From Neoechinorhynchus agilis (Eukaryota > Animalia > Acanthocephala), in the NCBI GenBank assembly GCA_051530055.1, contig CM121342.1, positions 12,849,480-12,913,479 of the forward strand: a stretch of 64,000 nucleotides of DNA. The letters are read 5' to 3'. The position numbers and the translations under genes were made by a program. Below are positions 11,257-23,885 of the stretch, one piece after another (position 1 is the stretch's first letter; each line of letters starts with the position of its first letter). Below the pieces are notes generated by a model, which saw nothing but the letters and a program-made list of their open reading frames with translations, was not told the origin of the DNA and did not search any database.

Positions 11257-13900
11257 TTGCGCCCGAAAAATGGTCCTCAGGATGATGGTGGAGAGGAGAA
11301 GATGGATGTGGATAATGTTCAATATAAGGTTAGTGAAGGAACAGTAGATGTCGAGAGGTATAACAAGGTTGTGGAAGGTAATAGGGAGGTTATGTTGAAG
11401 GATAACGTCATGGAGGAGGTGGTTTTGGAGAGTAATGGTTTGTCGACCCCCACCAAGGTGAATGTTTAGTAGATTCAGTATTTAGGTGTTTTTCGGTTGC
11501 CGAGAAGGAGAGATGATTTTGTTTTGAAGATTAATAAAGAGGATTTAGGAGATTTGACGGCAAGTGATTTGACGAAGATATATTTTTCGGAAGGTTTAAA
11601 ACCTAATAACTTTAGTGGTGACAGAAGGTATCAGATTAAAAAATGTTTTAGGACCAAATTGGCGGTGCTAGGAGCTTCTTTGCATTAAAAATATTAAGTA
11701 TAAAAATATATAAAGGCGACTATCAGTTTTGGTGTTAAACCCTCCGCCGAATATGTCGAAAGATGAGTTTATATTATTCCAAAACACTTTGGGTCTTGTG
11801 CCAATTAAATATTTGAAAAGGAGTCCTTCTTCAGAGCCTTATGCTTTACTTGTATCGGGCTCGCAGGATGAGGTAGACAAAGTCCAGGGGTGGCGAAGCC
11901 GAGTAATTATAATAGTTGGTTTAAACGGAAGGTGGAAAAGGTGGATGGTAGTAATATGGGGGAAAATGGTCTTCAAGGAGAGGATAAGGTTAGGAGAAAT
12001 AGTTTTCAGGTAGAAGATGAGGTTAAGGAGGAGTTAGAAATACTTAAAGAGAGGGCGGATAATTTAAATAAGAAACTCGAGAAGGATAAAATAATTTGTG
12101 ATTTATTGAATATGGTTGCTTTGGTCAAGAAGACGGAAAATTGTAAGGAGGTGGATGAGGTAATTAAACAGGTTCAGGAGAAATTGATGATGGGTAAGAG
12201 GTGTGCATCAGGTGAAAAAGAGGATGAACCTGATAATAAGGAGGATGGGTTGTCATCGCATGGCCCGATTAGAAAGATGGGTAGGCATGTTAATGGTCGG
12301 CATAAAGGTCGTTGTCGCTAAATATTTTACAAATGTTAATGATAATGTTTAATGTACTTGTATGACGAATCATTTTATATTAATTTCTTATAATGTATCT
12401 ATAGCTTCGGTTTTGTAGAAGAATATTTGTTTAGCGGGTGGACTAGATGATGCGGACGTTATTTGCTTTCAAGAAACGGGAAATATGAATCTTGTTAATA
12501 GAGGTGATATGATATCATTTACATTAATGCCCAGTGATGGCGCAGTGATTCATAATAATATTGGTTTCTCAGGTGGACTACAGTCTTATGTTCATAAAAG
12601 ATTTAGACCTAAGCTTTTATTTCAGGTTAAGCGCGTGCGTTTTGCGGTTTAATTAATATCGATTGAGGGGATGGGTGATTCATATCGTTTGAGTGGTCGA
12701 TGGATTATGGCTAATTTATATATTGCGCCAAGAAGACTTACATGGTTTAAGAATACCAGAGAGAAGTGGTTCAAGACATGGGATCCCGACATTATTGTGG
12801 GTGACTTAAACTCCAACGAGTTGAGTGGTTTCACACATTGGGAAGAAGAGTACTTTTTTCACATCACTCCCTTTCCATCCTTTCATAATTTTACAAAATC
12901 TGTACATTCTTTTTTGGACGTTTTTATATGTAAAAAAGAGTTAAATATTCAGGTGAGAGTGTTGGGGCAGTTTCTTGAACAATTTAGGATGGGGCACGAT
13001 TTGATTATATTTGAGTTGGGACTTATGGATCTTTAATCAAGAGTCGTTTGGAACGATGCGACCATATTAGTTAATTTTAACAATTGCTTACGGGCTGATA
13101 TTTGCAAATTTTCGACTGTAAAATTGGAAAATTTAAATAAGATGATATCTGCAGCATCTTCGAGGAATTTAGTAATTTTTTCGCATATAAGGTTTCGGAT
13201 TTGAGAAATATTTCGAGACATTATTAGAATTACCATGATTAATATTCTTAGGAAACTGAAGAAGTTATCCAGAGTAAGAATTTTACATTATGCAGGTGAT
13301 ATTTTCTTTTTTATTTTTCATAAGAAGGAAGTTTTATGTTGCATAGTGGATTCGGTGCAATATAAACTTGACGAGTGCTTAAAGGATGCGAATTTAAGCA
13401 CCAATAGAAGGAAAAAAACGCTTGTCCCTTTGACTGATTCCAATGTGGCTCGTAAGCAGTTGTATGCTAAATTTTTAGACGATTCGCGCACTTAAATGAT
13501 GAAGGTTTCAAGATGTTCTACAGTGTTTGGGATAAACTTTCCTTCTACTAGAAGAAGAGTTGTCTTGAACTCTGCTCTAAGATCTACATTTCTCAAAGTC
13601 GCAGCAATTGCGAGAAGGATCAGGTGGTAGGGTGTGATGATATGTCATCCTGTGGGAATTATGAAGACGATTCTGGCTGGCTCATTCTGTTTTTTGGGAT
13701 AGGAGCGCCGTTAGAGCTGCGGATTGATTTTGGCGTCTGGTTTATCAAACGAGTATGGAAAGTTTTGAAAGATTTGGAAATACCAATAACAGAATCGATG
13801 GAATCGTTTTTTGTGGCGTATTTTTATAACAAAGATCTGGAATTACCCAAATAAGAATTGGAAGAGATGTTCTATAAATGATGAACATATTTTCAACGAG
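11257..13900 (+). mobile_element. Degenerate, internally deleted LINE (ORF1-like + APE endonuclease + RT remnant)
   Basis: One frame from ATG 12362 reads ILISYNV, DVICFQET, ANLYIAP, IIVGDLNS, FLDVFI, GHDLII (APE motifs). The same frame continues through stops to ILHYAGDIFF..NLSTNRRKKT (YADD-like RT domains 5-6). An interrupted ORF1-like frame lies at 11257-12321. Boundaries approximate. Confidence 0.75.
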
Positions 13901-15389
13901 ATTGTGAGGCGACTGAAAAGACGAGACAGGGAGAAAGTGGTTGTTATTTAGCATTTTTGTTTTTTGTTCGATTTAATTATTTGTGCAGAATCATACACGT
14001 ACTCCCCTAATACTTTTTATTCTTTTGGACTGCTACATATAAGCTAGACAGGGAGGGGAGTCCTGTATAAAAAGGTTTATGAGTATGCCGAATTACCCCG
14101 CGGGGGATAAATCTTTTGTCATGTTAATTTGGTTACTTCCTTCCTGATCTCGAGGCTCAGAGATCAGCAATTTATCGAATCAAGAGTAGGGGTAACACAG
14201 GGAATGGTATTAGACAAGGGACTATGAAGTCAAATAAATGGTGTGTACAGTATCTAAACTGTAGTATAAGTGAATATGTGTACGAACCACTAAATAAATA
14301 TAAATCGCATTGCTGGTTTAAAATTTCGATCGCTTCAATAAGAGCGATAATCATCTCTATGAATCAATAACGAAAAGGAATCGTAGCAAATAATACTTAA
14401 ATCGTTATGCCGTTCAAGATGAAATAATTCATCATCGCTTACTAGCCCTTGCGCGACCTTTATATTTTATAAAAACATTTGAAATATTTACCTCAAGTAA
14501 TTCGCCAGTGAAAGGATCAGTCGAAATTCATCGGGGAAGGTGTTTCATAAAATCGGATTTTCTGCGAACAAAATAATTATTTATCATCGTACACCAATCT
14601 TACAATTCTTTTAAGGCGCCGGTTCTAAAACATTTCGGTATAAAAATTGGAGTATAATCATTACCATCTGCTCCGTATTTCACATGAGTTCAGTATCCAT
14701 TAAAGATTGACCGTAGGGATTATTTCTTGTTTCAATTTTCAATATATTACACAAAGATTGCCCTAATTTGCAGAATTTATCGAAAATTAAAGCGTCGCCC
14801 ATGCGCTTTCGAGCTTTTCAACCATTAGGTTCCGCATTTTAGAGGGCAGTGGATTAGATGGTTGAAGCCCACAAAAAGTCTTGACCTGCTAAAGTCAACC
14901 AGAAATTTACGTTTTATCGAACGACGTCCTCATTCTTTGTCGAGAACTTATAACTGCTACGATTGTTAGTGAGCGCATCTTAACTAAATTGCTAAGCGGA
15001 ACATGAACTACATTGAAAATGTTGATTTATCCCCGATTTGGCGAAATTTATTAAATTATTTAAAGTAAAAGGGTCAATATTTCGACTCGCTTATGAGTCT
15101 TCTTCAGGATGTTGTTAAAGTGTTAAATCCGCACTTGAACGTCCACTTTAACAACGACCACAACATGAAGATGGAAACTTGCCCCCTCCAAAAACGATCA
15201 AAGTGGCACTTTCAACTTGGGTTTTTCTCTCTGACGAAAACAGGAGTTCTTAGGTAAAATATATATTGACATGAAATCATTCACGCCACCGCTCTGTATC
15301 TTACATGGACCCCGTAATTCACGCTGCGGCGGTACTCCTATCACGACATCACCAGTACAAAATAAAAATTGATTAGTAAGGAATATTGT

Positions 15390-16304
15390 GCGCGTTCTGC
15401 TCAGGAACGTTCTGAAAAGAATCCCAAGGGGCGCGGGATATCAGGCCACAAAGAGATTCACCTCTTTATTGGCAGATTGCATCGAGGCTAACTCAGAGTT
15501 GTCGTGCGATCTCTGACCTTTCGACTGCATGCGACAACGTAAGGAGTGTGTCGAGGAGCGTGACCACCACCGAAACTCAAATCGGTCGCTTGCTGAACGC
15601 GTTTCTTCGAAGCTCGTAGACCGCGATGTCAGAGGAGCAGTTCGTCTTTTATCATCAATGGACAGTCTCGCCAAAGATAACGAAGAAACTACGAACTCTT
15701 CGTTCTAAACATTTCATTGACGGCGGACGGCGGTATTTCTAAGTATCCTCGTCCTTCGATACGATTCCCTATTTTCTATCATCGAAATCAGAATTGAAGA
15801 TGGTAATCTCCTCTTTTGCTAATGGATCAACTCACGGGCTTGACGGGCTCCGGCCCCAACACCTAAAGGATATGACTTCCTTTTCAGTAGTTGACGCTGT
15901 CCATTCCCTAGAAAATGCATTGGCACGCCTAGTCGACCAATTTGAAGGGACAGAGTTGATTCCGAAAGCAATTGAGTTATTTTTCAGCGTCTCCCTGTGT
16001 GCCCTCGCGAAAAGGAAGGCGGCATTCGTCCCATTGCAATTGGAACAACTCTGCGCCGCTTAACAACAAAAATGTTAAATAAGAGGATAGCGGAAATAAT
16101 AGGGATGACGCTTCGCCCTAAACAGTTAGGCTGATGTACACCTTGTGGCCCAGAGACGATTGTTCACTCACTCCGCACGTTCATCGCCGGAAACTAAAAA
16201 CCGTGCGTGATCTTGAATGTGATTTCAAAAATGCATCCAATACAGTTCACCGAGCAGATTTGCTCGAGGTAGTTAGAGATACAACACCAGAAGCATTTCG
16301 TTAA
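15390..16304 (+). mobile_element. CRE-like non-LTR retrotransposon, subfamily A, 3'-truncated and decayed
   Basis: VLKRIP, RVSSKLVDRDVRGAVRLLSS, GLDGLRPQHLKD, GGIRPIAIGTTLRRL, LRPKQLG, CDFKNASN; stops and frameshifts present. Confidence 0.85.
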
Positions 16305-16830
16305 GTCCCTTTGCACGTTCATCCTCATGTGCACGGTTGTGCATTTCTATATTCGTGTTCGTCGTATCCAAAGTTTTGAGGTCAAAACTCTGTTGGCGTT
16401 CCGGGATTTGTCGAGGCGTTGTTTCTGTTCATACACACACGCGCGAGTGCATACAAATTTTAGAGGCTCTTCTATGAAACATTTTAAGACGACGGATTTG
16501 TGATTTGGATAGGTTGCAAAAGACGCGATAACCGTAAGTGAAGGAGGGTAAAATAAAGCTGTAGTAAAATTTGGAGAGATCGGGTGATGGGACAAGCGAT
16601 CATCTCGAAGCATTTAGAGAAGTTCAGGTAGAGTTTGTGATTGGTGCAGAAATTTTTAATGTGGATTATTTCGTTAGAGGTTAAGGAGAGAGAGGTGGGC
16701 TCGTGGTTGAGTGATGAGGATGAGATCGTCGACATATAAGAAAAGTTTAGAGTGAGAGGATAGAGATTCATGGTCGCTTAGAAAAATATTAAAGCGAAGT
16801 TGTGACACGACGGCATCTTCAGGTAAAAAA
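16305..16830 (-). mobile_element. LINE reverse transcriptase fragment (separate family)
   Basis: LRFNIFLSD..SKLFLYVDDLILI and, after a frameshift, HKLYLNFSKC; abuts the CRE copy directly. Confidence 0.7.
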
Positions 16831-16955
16831 AGCAGCAACTTAAATAGAATCCTCAATATTAATAGTCGAAATCAACTATGGGCTCGAGAGGGTAGTTATG
16901 ATTCACGATAATGGAAATTATGGCACTCGCCTTGTATTCCACCCGCCATACGAAA

Positions 16956-19853
16956 TCAATAAGAATGATCCAGTTTTTGAACGAGCTTTGCAAAGTATTT
17001 TGATCCACTCCCAGTTATGTCAATGAAGATCTTCTCAATGTACGTTTTGAAGGTTACATCTACACAAAACCGCATATTGTCATAAATGAAAGTCTTAAAT
17101 TTTGTACTTGGATCTTGTTTAGTCACCAGAGCGTTGCTGTGCATCTTTAGAATGAGTTTGATACCTTCGACTGCGGCTTCAACCAGCAACTGTCTGCAAT
17201 CTGGAACGTAGATTCTCCTCGCCAAATTAAAGTAGTTCAGGAGATAGAGTGATCCGATTATATTCACTGGACTCAACTCAAACACGTGGATGTCCTTTGG
17301 CCTCGAAATTTCAGGCGGGAGTTTGCATGGACAGTCTCTAAAAGAGTCCAATGTTTTCTTAAACATGGGACAACACAGCTCAACGCATTCCATTAATTGC
17401 TGACAATCTTCTTCTTCTTCGAGTACAAATCGAGTAGACAACCACAAATCTTCAATTTTAGAAAACGATCTCAGTCCATCGATCATTTCCTGCTTCAGGT
17501 ATTTAAGAATATCAGATATGAGTGGTGTCAGACAAGAATTAATTCTGACTTGCGTTAAAGACCGATCCAGTTTAAGCTGACATGCTTGCAAAACGGATTT
17601 CGTTCTCGTAATTATGATAGCAACGATCTTATCGGGATCCTGAATTTCTTTGGTAAATGTAAAAATAGTTGTAAATGAAGGAATCGTCCTTTTTAAATAT
17701 ATGGCTATTATATTGCCAAGCCAAACATTCAGTCGGGAAACAGCAACTGACAAATTCGTAACCCGATCGAGTTCATAGTATTGCTTATGGCATTAATCCT
17801 CTTAAGTAGAGAAGTGTTTCGGTGTGTAAGAAAACAAGGTATAATGGGTAAGCAAATGACGGAAATCATAGATAAGTTAAGCTCAAAAAGGTTGCACTTC
17901 TGAGGACTAGATGCATAAATTCGGAAATCATGTTTGCGATTGCGCTTAAAAAATCCTTATCTTTTTCAGATAGACGGTTTAACTTATCGGTTGGGTTTCC
18001 CTCGCAAAACAGTTCAAATCGAATTCTCCTCTTAACAAAATTTAACATTTCTGCAGCGACAGGTTCCATTTCATGAGAGTCATCGTCACTGTCAGCATCA
18101 ATATTATCCACACGTTCCTCCAAATCAAATATTGTCCAGTCCTCTATATCGTCGTCTTCAGTGTGGAATCCAGGTGCCATGTGGATCATTCGGTCTATGT
18201 GTATTCGTTTATAGGCCACAAATATATCCGCGGCTTGAACGAGCATGCCGAGGCGTATCAGAATTCGCATATTAACATCAGGTGACCTAAACCCAATGTA
18301 GCATTGTGAAGGATCTTTACGGCACAAGACCGAGACCGGTTGAACTTCAGGACCAACCCAATCATCACCCCTCGGTAGTGAATTATACATGTCCTGCGTC
18401 CTCATCAGAAGCATTGTAGGTTCATCGTTCATTCTATCTACCATTTCATTTTCCAGTTCTGCTAATCGCCTTCGCATCATATTTATTTTCTCGCTTTGAA
18501 GTTTACCCATGAATCCCAAAGGATTCTGCTGTAGTTGTTTTCTAAGATATAAGACGTAATTTTCTGCATCTTTAAATCTGTGATGGGCAATACTCTGAGA
18601 TAACTCAGTTTGGTCATGGGTCTCTGATCATTTAGAAGATAAATTTTGAGAGCACAAAAAACATACGTGTATGATGTAGATTAGGAAGACGTAAAATCTG
18701 TAGAATTGAACAAGTTACTAACTAGATTGATGTTCTAACTGTAATTGAAGCATGCGAAAATGCGATCTTATTCGTCGCCGTTTTAAAGGGAACTACACTG
18801 TCTCCACATTTCAACAGATCATGGATGGATGCAAATGTATCTAGGAAATAAACGTAGATGATATTAGAGTCTCATGCGTAACCGATCGCGAACCCGCTCT
18901 TCCTGGAAGAGATCTTCGTCGTTATCAGTGTCAAATGGATTGGTTTCAGCAATAGAAGCAGTGGACACAGATCGTTCCTGCTCGTTTTTCATGATCGATT
19001 TGATTGCTTCAACCCACTTATCCTTCCATTCGGTGCTCGGTAGTTCGACGGACGTTGATTCAATCGAATGCGGGCTTTTTCGGGTGCGTACCAGGAAGGA
19101 GTTCGTTATTCCGGCAAACTGTTCGAGCCAACTATTTTGTCGAAAATCAAATGCATTGATAAGAACTCGTTTTCGTAAAGATTCAGCGTCAACTACATTC
19201 AACGATGACTCATCGGACGATAAAACTAAAAGATGGCCTGATTGAAGAAGACAAAGATAAACTGGCACGGAGCACTGCTCCCCTTCATTTGTAAGAACAC
19301 ACGGGCCATGCAAAATAGCACTCTGGTAGCTGCCGCCCAAACCAACTGCGTTGATCAATCCGACGAACTCAGCTTGCTCAACGAACATTTGTAGTATCGC
19401 AGATATTTCGGTGTTATTAAGATTACCGCCGGCATCCGGCGATAGACTAATTTCGGCATACCTATCAGAATCACTTCTCCGTGAAGATATCGCTACTTCT
19501 TCTTTTATAAGAAAATCCTTAACGGATTGAAGAATGGTCTTTTTCTGCGACAACAATGACCGGAGCTGGTACATATCTTCCTCTAGAGACCGGACTTCTT
19601 CTGCCGTCTCTATGAATTTGGAATAGTTCTGACTCACGTTCTCTTTAAGCTGCTTCGTTGTCCTTTCTGCTAGATTCAGAAGTTTAAGTTTAACTGACAA
19701 AATATCACCATCGCCTATGCATTCGGAAACCGCATGCCGCACGAATGATTCAGCGTCAAAATCAGGATCCACGAAATCTTCGGCTTTAACCTGTGGTTCA
19801 AGGGTGTTCGTTGGGATCGTTGAATCATCTGAAGGCGATCCAGTCAAATCCAT
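16956..19853 (-). CDS. EXOC8: Exocyst complex component 8 (Exo84), multi-exon
   Basis: FVDPDFDAESFV, LKENVSQNYSKFIETAEEV (Vps51/Exo84 N-term), PH-like segment, RILIRLG..AADIF, and C-terminal FIYDNMRF..IEKIF match recalled EXOC8. Start placed at MDLTGS (19853). Confidence 0.88.
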
Positions 19854-20073
19854 CACAACTCCGAAAGCCAAATAACGATCCGCTTCAGGTTTATACAAAT
19901 AAGAAGCTATACGAAAGAAGTCTTTTTATACGTGTAACATTTTAATTTGTTTTATCCTGTTGATTTACAAAGCATATTGTTTCCTTTGGGCTGAACTACC
20001 AAGTATCGTTGAAATGTTTCCGCATTGATCTTTGTGGATGTGGCTGTTTGTTTTGCCGTACATTAAAAAATGA

Positions 20074-20305
20074 TATAACTGGCAAGACTCCCTGCAGGTG
20101 ACACCAGCAGATGAAGACGTCTGGCTGAAGAGCGCATGGAGAATCGAGCTCGAGAGGAAAAGGAGAAGAGGGAGGACAGTGTGAGCGGAGATTTCAAGAC
20201 GCTGGGAAGGAGAAGAACAAAGACGAAAATCGACAATGCTGAAAAGAACGACCTCTCAATTGAGAGAAAAGTTCAAAGAAATGCTGTTTATAACTGGCAA
20301 GACTC
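20074..20305. mobile_element. 198-bp insertion flanked by a 17-bp direct repeat (probable target-site duplication)
   Basis: TATAACTGGCAAGACTC occurs at 20074-20090 and 20289-20305 around a purine-rich 198-bp segment. Confidence 0.6.
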
Positions 20306-20443
20306 ATTTGATCATGTTTATTTCCTTTTAGATGCTTACCTTTTCCTTTACAACTGGAGAAACGTTCACCAATGTTCCATTTTTGAACGATGTAATAAGA
20401 AAGGATCGATCTTGTTGAGGCTATTGATCGATTCTCACTATAG

Positions 20444-21449
20444 AAATCGATGATGAGTTCGATATATCGTTTACGTGGAACACCTTGTACTTCAGACCAA
20501 ATAAATCATCGATCTTTTCTCTCGACTACCTGGATTTTTATTCGGACGAAATAATAGCAGAACCGCCGGAATGGAAAAAAGTGGCTCTTCCTGATCAAGC
20601 AAGTTCGCTTTGTATTTGTTCAAACGATTTCGATTGTTTTCTACTTTCACTTGAGGGGATGGTTTATTCTTTTGAACAGAATGCGTTGATTGGGAGCGTT
20701 GAATTGGGAAACTCCGATGTGGCACCACTGATGTGTTCCACTTATCGATCAATCTACGTCACAACAAAAGGAAATCACATTCTTTATGAGACCGAAATTA
20801 AATCTTCTAAGCTTAAATTTGACGCTTTGTACCGGTTTGACAGCCCTGTAGCCGAGATGAAAGCCGGTTTGGATTTTGTAGTCATCAGAACTGACGAAGG
20901 TGCCATATACGATGAGGATGTGATCTCTTCTCATTCTTATCTTACACTTTTGGCAACAATCTCAGAGGCCAACTTGGACTTGGTAATCTCGATGAGAGTC
21001 ATGAGCCAGAACTCGTTTCGATTCCGAAACCAGTAAGGATAATGGGAGTCGGTGGGTGGCATGTAATTTGCGTTAGCGGCCAAAACGTTTTTGGTTGGGG
21101 ATGGAATCGATGCCATCAGCTCACTAATACGGACGATACTGTTGTTTGTGAACCCATTCCTATTGTCAGCGTGGAAATCCCAACGCGGATTGTATGTGGA
21201 AAGCAACATAGTATTTTGGAGTACGAGATCAATGGTACTACTAACTTTATATTTCAAGGAGCTTTAATTGAATCAACATCTAAATATGTATTGGATGTCA
21301 TTGAGGCCGATATTAGGACTAAAAAAATGATGCGGCTAGATAATGCCGAAGCTAAATGTCTTGGTGTGTTCGGCGCAATGTGTCTGTCGGTGTTCGTGTT
21401 CAAGGGGTCGGTGGATCGGTTACGATTAATCCCCTTTTCCATTGGCTAA
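20444..21449 (+). CDS. RCCD1: RCC1 domain-containing protein (RCCD1-like); first exon unresolved, could be a pseudogene
   Basis: ISFTWNTLYF, RTDEGAIY/TFGNNLRGQLGLG, VGGWHVICVS, FGWGWNRCHQL, CGKQHS; needs a frame change at 20911-20945. Confidence 0.7.
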
Positions 21450-21625
21450 AACTTTCATGTTCCAAGTAATTGCGGTGTGAAAGGAGACAACAGTAATTAG
21501 AATAGATCATGTGTTATCGAATGTGGAAATCAGCGGATCACTTTAACGCGTCCGAAAAGCTATAAAAAATTTTTTTTGAAAATCTCCGACATTTATTACC
21601 TTCAGAATCTCGGAGCAGAAATCGT

Positions 21626-23885
21626 TCACACCACCGCTCTGGATAACTCAGCTGCCGTCATGGTGTAACGATCGAAAGTACGGATGCAGCGTTCCTCCGT
21701 TGCACAGCCAGGCTTATGTCTTTGTAGGAGAAATGCTCTTGATCGCGGATCGCCAGCGATTCGTCTCAATCTCTTGGACAATTGATTGACCAGGTCCTGC
21801 GCCGCGGTACCAAACGACCCGAGTGTCTCGACGCCAAAGGGAACGAAATAATGATACCGACCCAAGTCCCAGTATTTGGTCGTTTTACGGTCCTCAACGG
21901 CCGTTGCTCCTCCTCCGGTTTAATAGTGGCGAGTTTTACGTTGGTAGCACGTTGCATCCCAGAGAACACACTTGTCCCCACTCGCCACGGGAATACTGTG
22001 ACACCGTCCGGTGTGCACTAACAGTATTCGGGGCACGACTAAGTATTGCGTTTACTTTGGCATGTCGTGAGTTCCGCCTGATTTCCGACAGCATTGCGTC
22101 CCGGTGGTTCCACGGTTGCTCCCCAAAAGTAGAGATGAGATGAGCACATCAGCACCCCAAGTCTCAAGAACACTGCAATCCTTACTGCCTTGTCAGAGAA
22201 AAGGGTACCAACAGAAGCGATTGGGATAGCGTTGAGCCAAACACCCGATTCTCTTGTCGAGACTGCCGCCAATCAAGTTCGGTTCACCGGGTGACGAGAA
22301 CCTAAAATTAAAGAGTTATGAATTATCGTTACCATGGGTTAAGTCCCAAGCTGATTGTTTACAACCATTTTGAGGACCTGCTCGCTGTTTAAATCTCCAC
22401 ACCAAAGATTAAGAGCCTCCAAGAAATCTTTATCCGAAGTGGAATTCTCGCCAAGAAAAGACAACTATTTTACGGCTTGCTTCATACGATCCCAAATAAG
22501 TTGGCAGAGAAATATCGGCTTCTTTTCGGATACGCAAACCACCTAGCGACACAGGCAAGGACGCTTGACGCCAGGCCTCGTCCGACAGCTGAGTATTTAA
22601 TAAATTTATCGAGACAGACTTTCACTGTCTCGTCTAATTTTGCCAGCTTATCCTTATGTCTAAAAAAGGTGTTGTGCACAGCTTATTTAGCAGTTTTGGA
22701 ATGAAGAGGTTATTCTTGATCAGAAATATAGCCTCTTGTGAAGATAATTCATCAACTCGTTTGCAAAGCACCGAAAGTTGCGGTTGAAGATTGGCAATCT
22801 CTGCTTCAACAATAGAACCAAAAATGCAGCTTCCTAGAAGACTCAACCGGTCTAGAGTGATCATTTCTATCTCGGGGCCAGGCTCTGAAAATCTTTCTCG
22901 ATAGTTCGCCTGGACGCCTCATCTTCCACGTTCATCACTAAAATCTCGCATTTCGCAGCATTCAATTCAATGCCTATTTTCGACGTCTCCTTCACGAGTC
23001 TCCATATCGTGCCGCACGATTTTGAGTTCCCGGCGAAGAACGTGGTGCGACGGGATTGACTGGGACTGAGAAGGCCATTGGGCTAAAAGGATTCCCATGT
23101 TGAACCCCTCTTTCTGACCACAAAATGTGGTTATTGAACAACAAGGGAGTAGAAGTCCCGTAGGCATTAACGAAATCGCGAAATGCTTCTGGTGTTGTAT
23201 CTCTAACTACCTCGAGCAAATCTGCTCGGTGAACTGTATTGGATGCATTTTTGAAATCACATTCAAGATCACGCACGGTTTTTAGTTTCCGGCGATGAAC
23301 GTGCGGAGTGAGTGAACAATCGTCTCTGGGCCACAAGGTGTACATCAGCCTAACTGTTTAGGGCGAAGCGTCATCCCTATTATTTCCGCTATCCTCTTAT
23401 TTAACATTTTTGCTGTTAAGCGGCGCAGAGTTGTTCCAATTGCAATGGGACGAATGCCGCCTTCCTTTTTCGCGAGGGCACACAGGGAGACGCTGAAAAA
23501 TAACTCAATTGCTTTCGGAATCAACTCTGTCCCTTCAAATTGGTCGACTAGGCGTGCCAATGCATTTTCTAGGGAATGGACAGCGTCAACTACTGAAAAG
23601 GAAGTCATATCCTTTAGGTGTTGGGGCCGAAGCCCGTCAAGCCCGTGAGTTGATCCATTAGCAAAAGAGGAGATTACCATCTTCAATTCTGATTTCGATG
23701 ATAGAAAATAGGGAATCGTATCGAAGGACGAGGATACTTAGAAATACCGCCGTCCGCCGTCAATGAAATGTTTAGAACGAAGAGTTCGTAGTTTCTTCGT
23801 TATCTTTGGCGAGACTGTCCATTGATTATAAAAGACGAACTGCTCCTCTGACATCTCCGCCTGTGAGCTTCGAAGAAACGTGCGC
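21626..23885 (-). mobile_element. CRE-like non-LTR retrotransposon, subfamily A, 5'-truncated and decayed
   Basis: RT motifs GGIRPIAIG and GVQHGNPFSPMAF; later FIPKLL, AVSTRESGVWLNAIP, RRGTKRP and HYFVPFGVETLGSFG (RLE-associated C-terminus). Many frameshifts. Confidence 0.9.
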
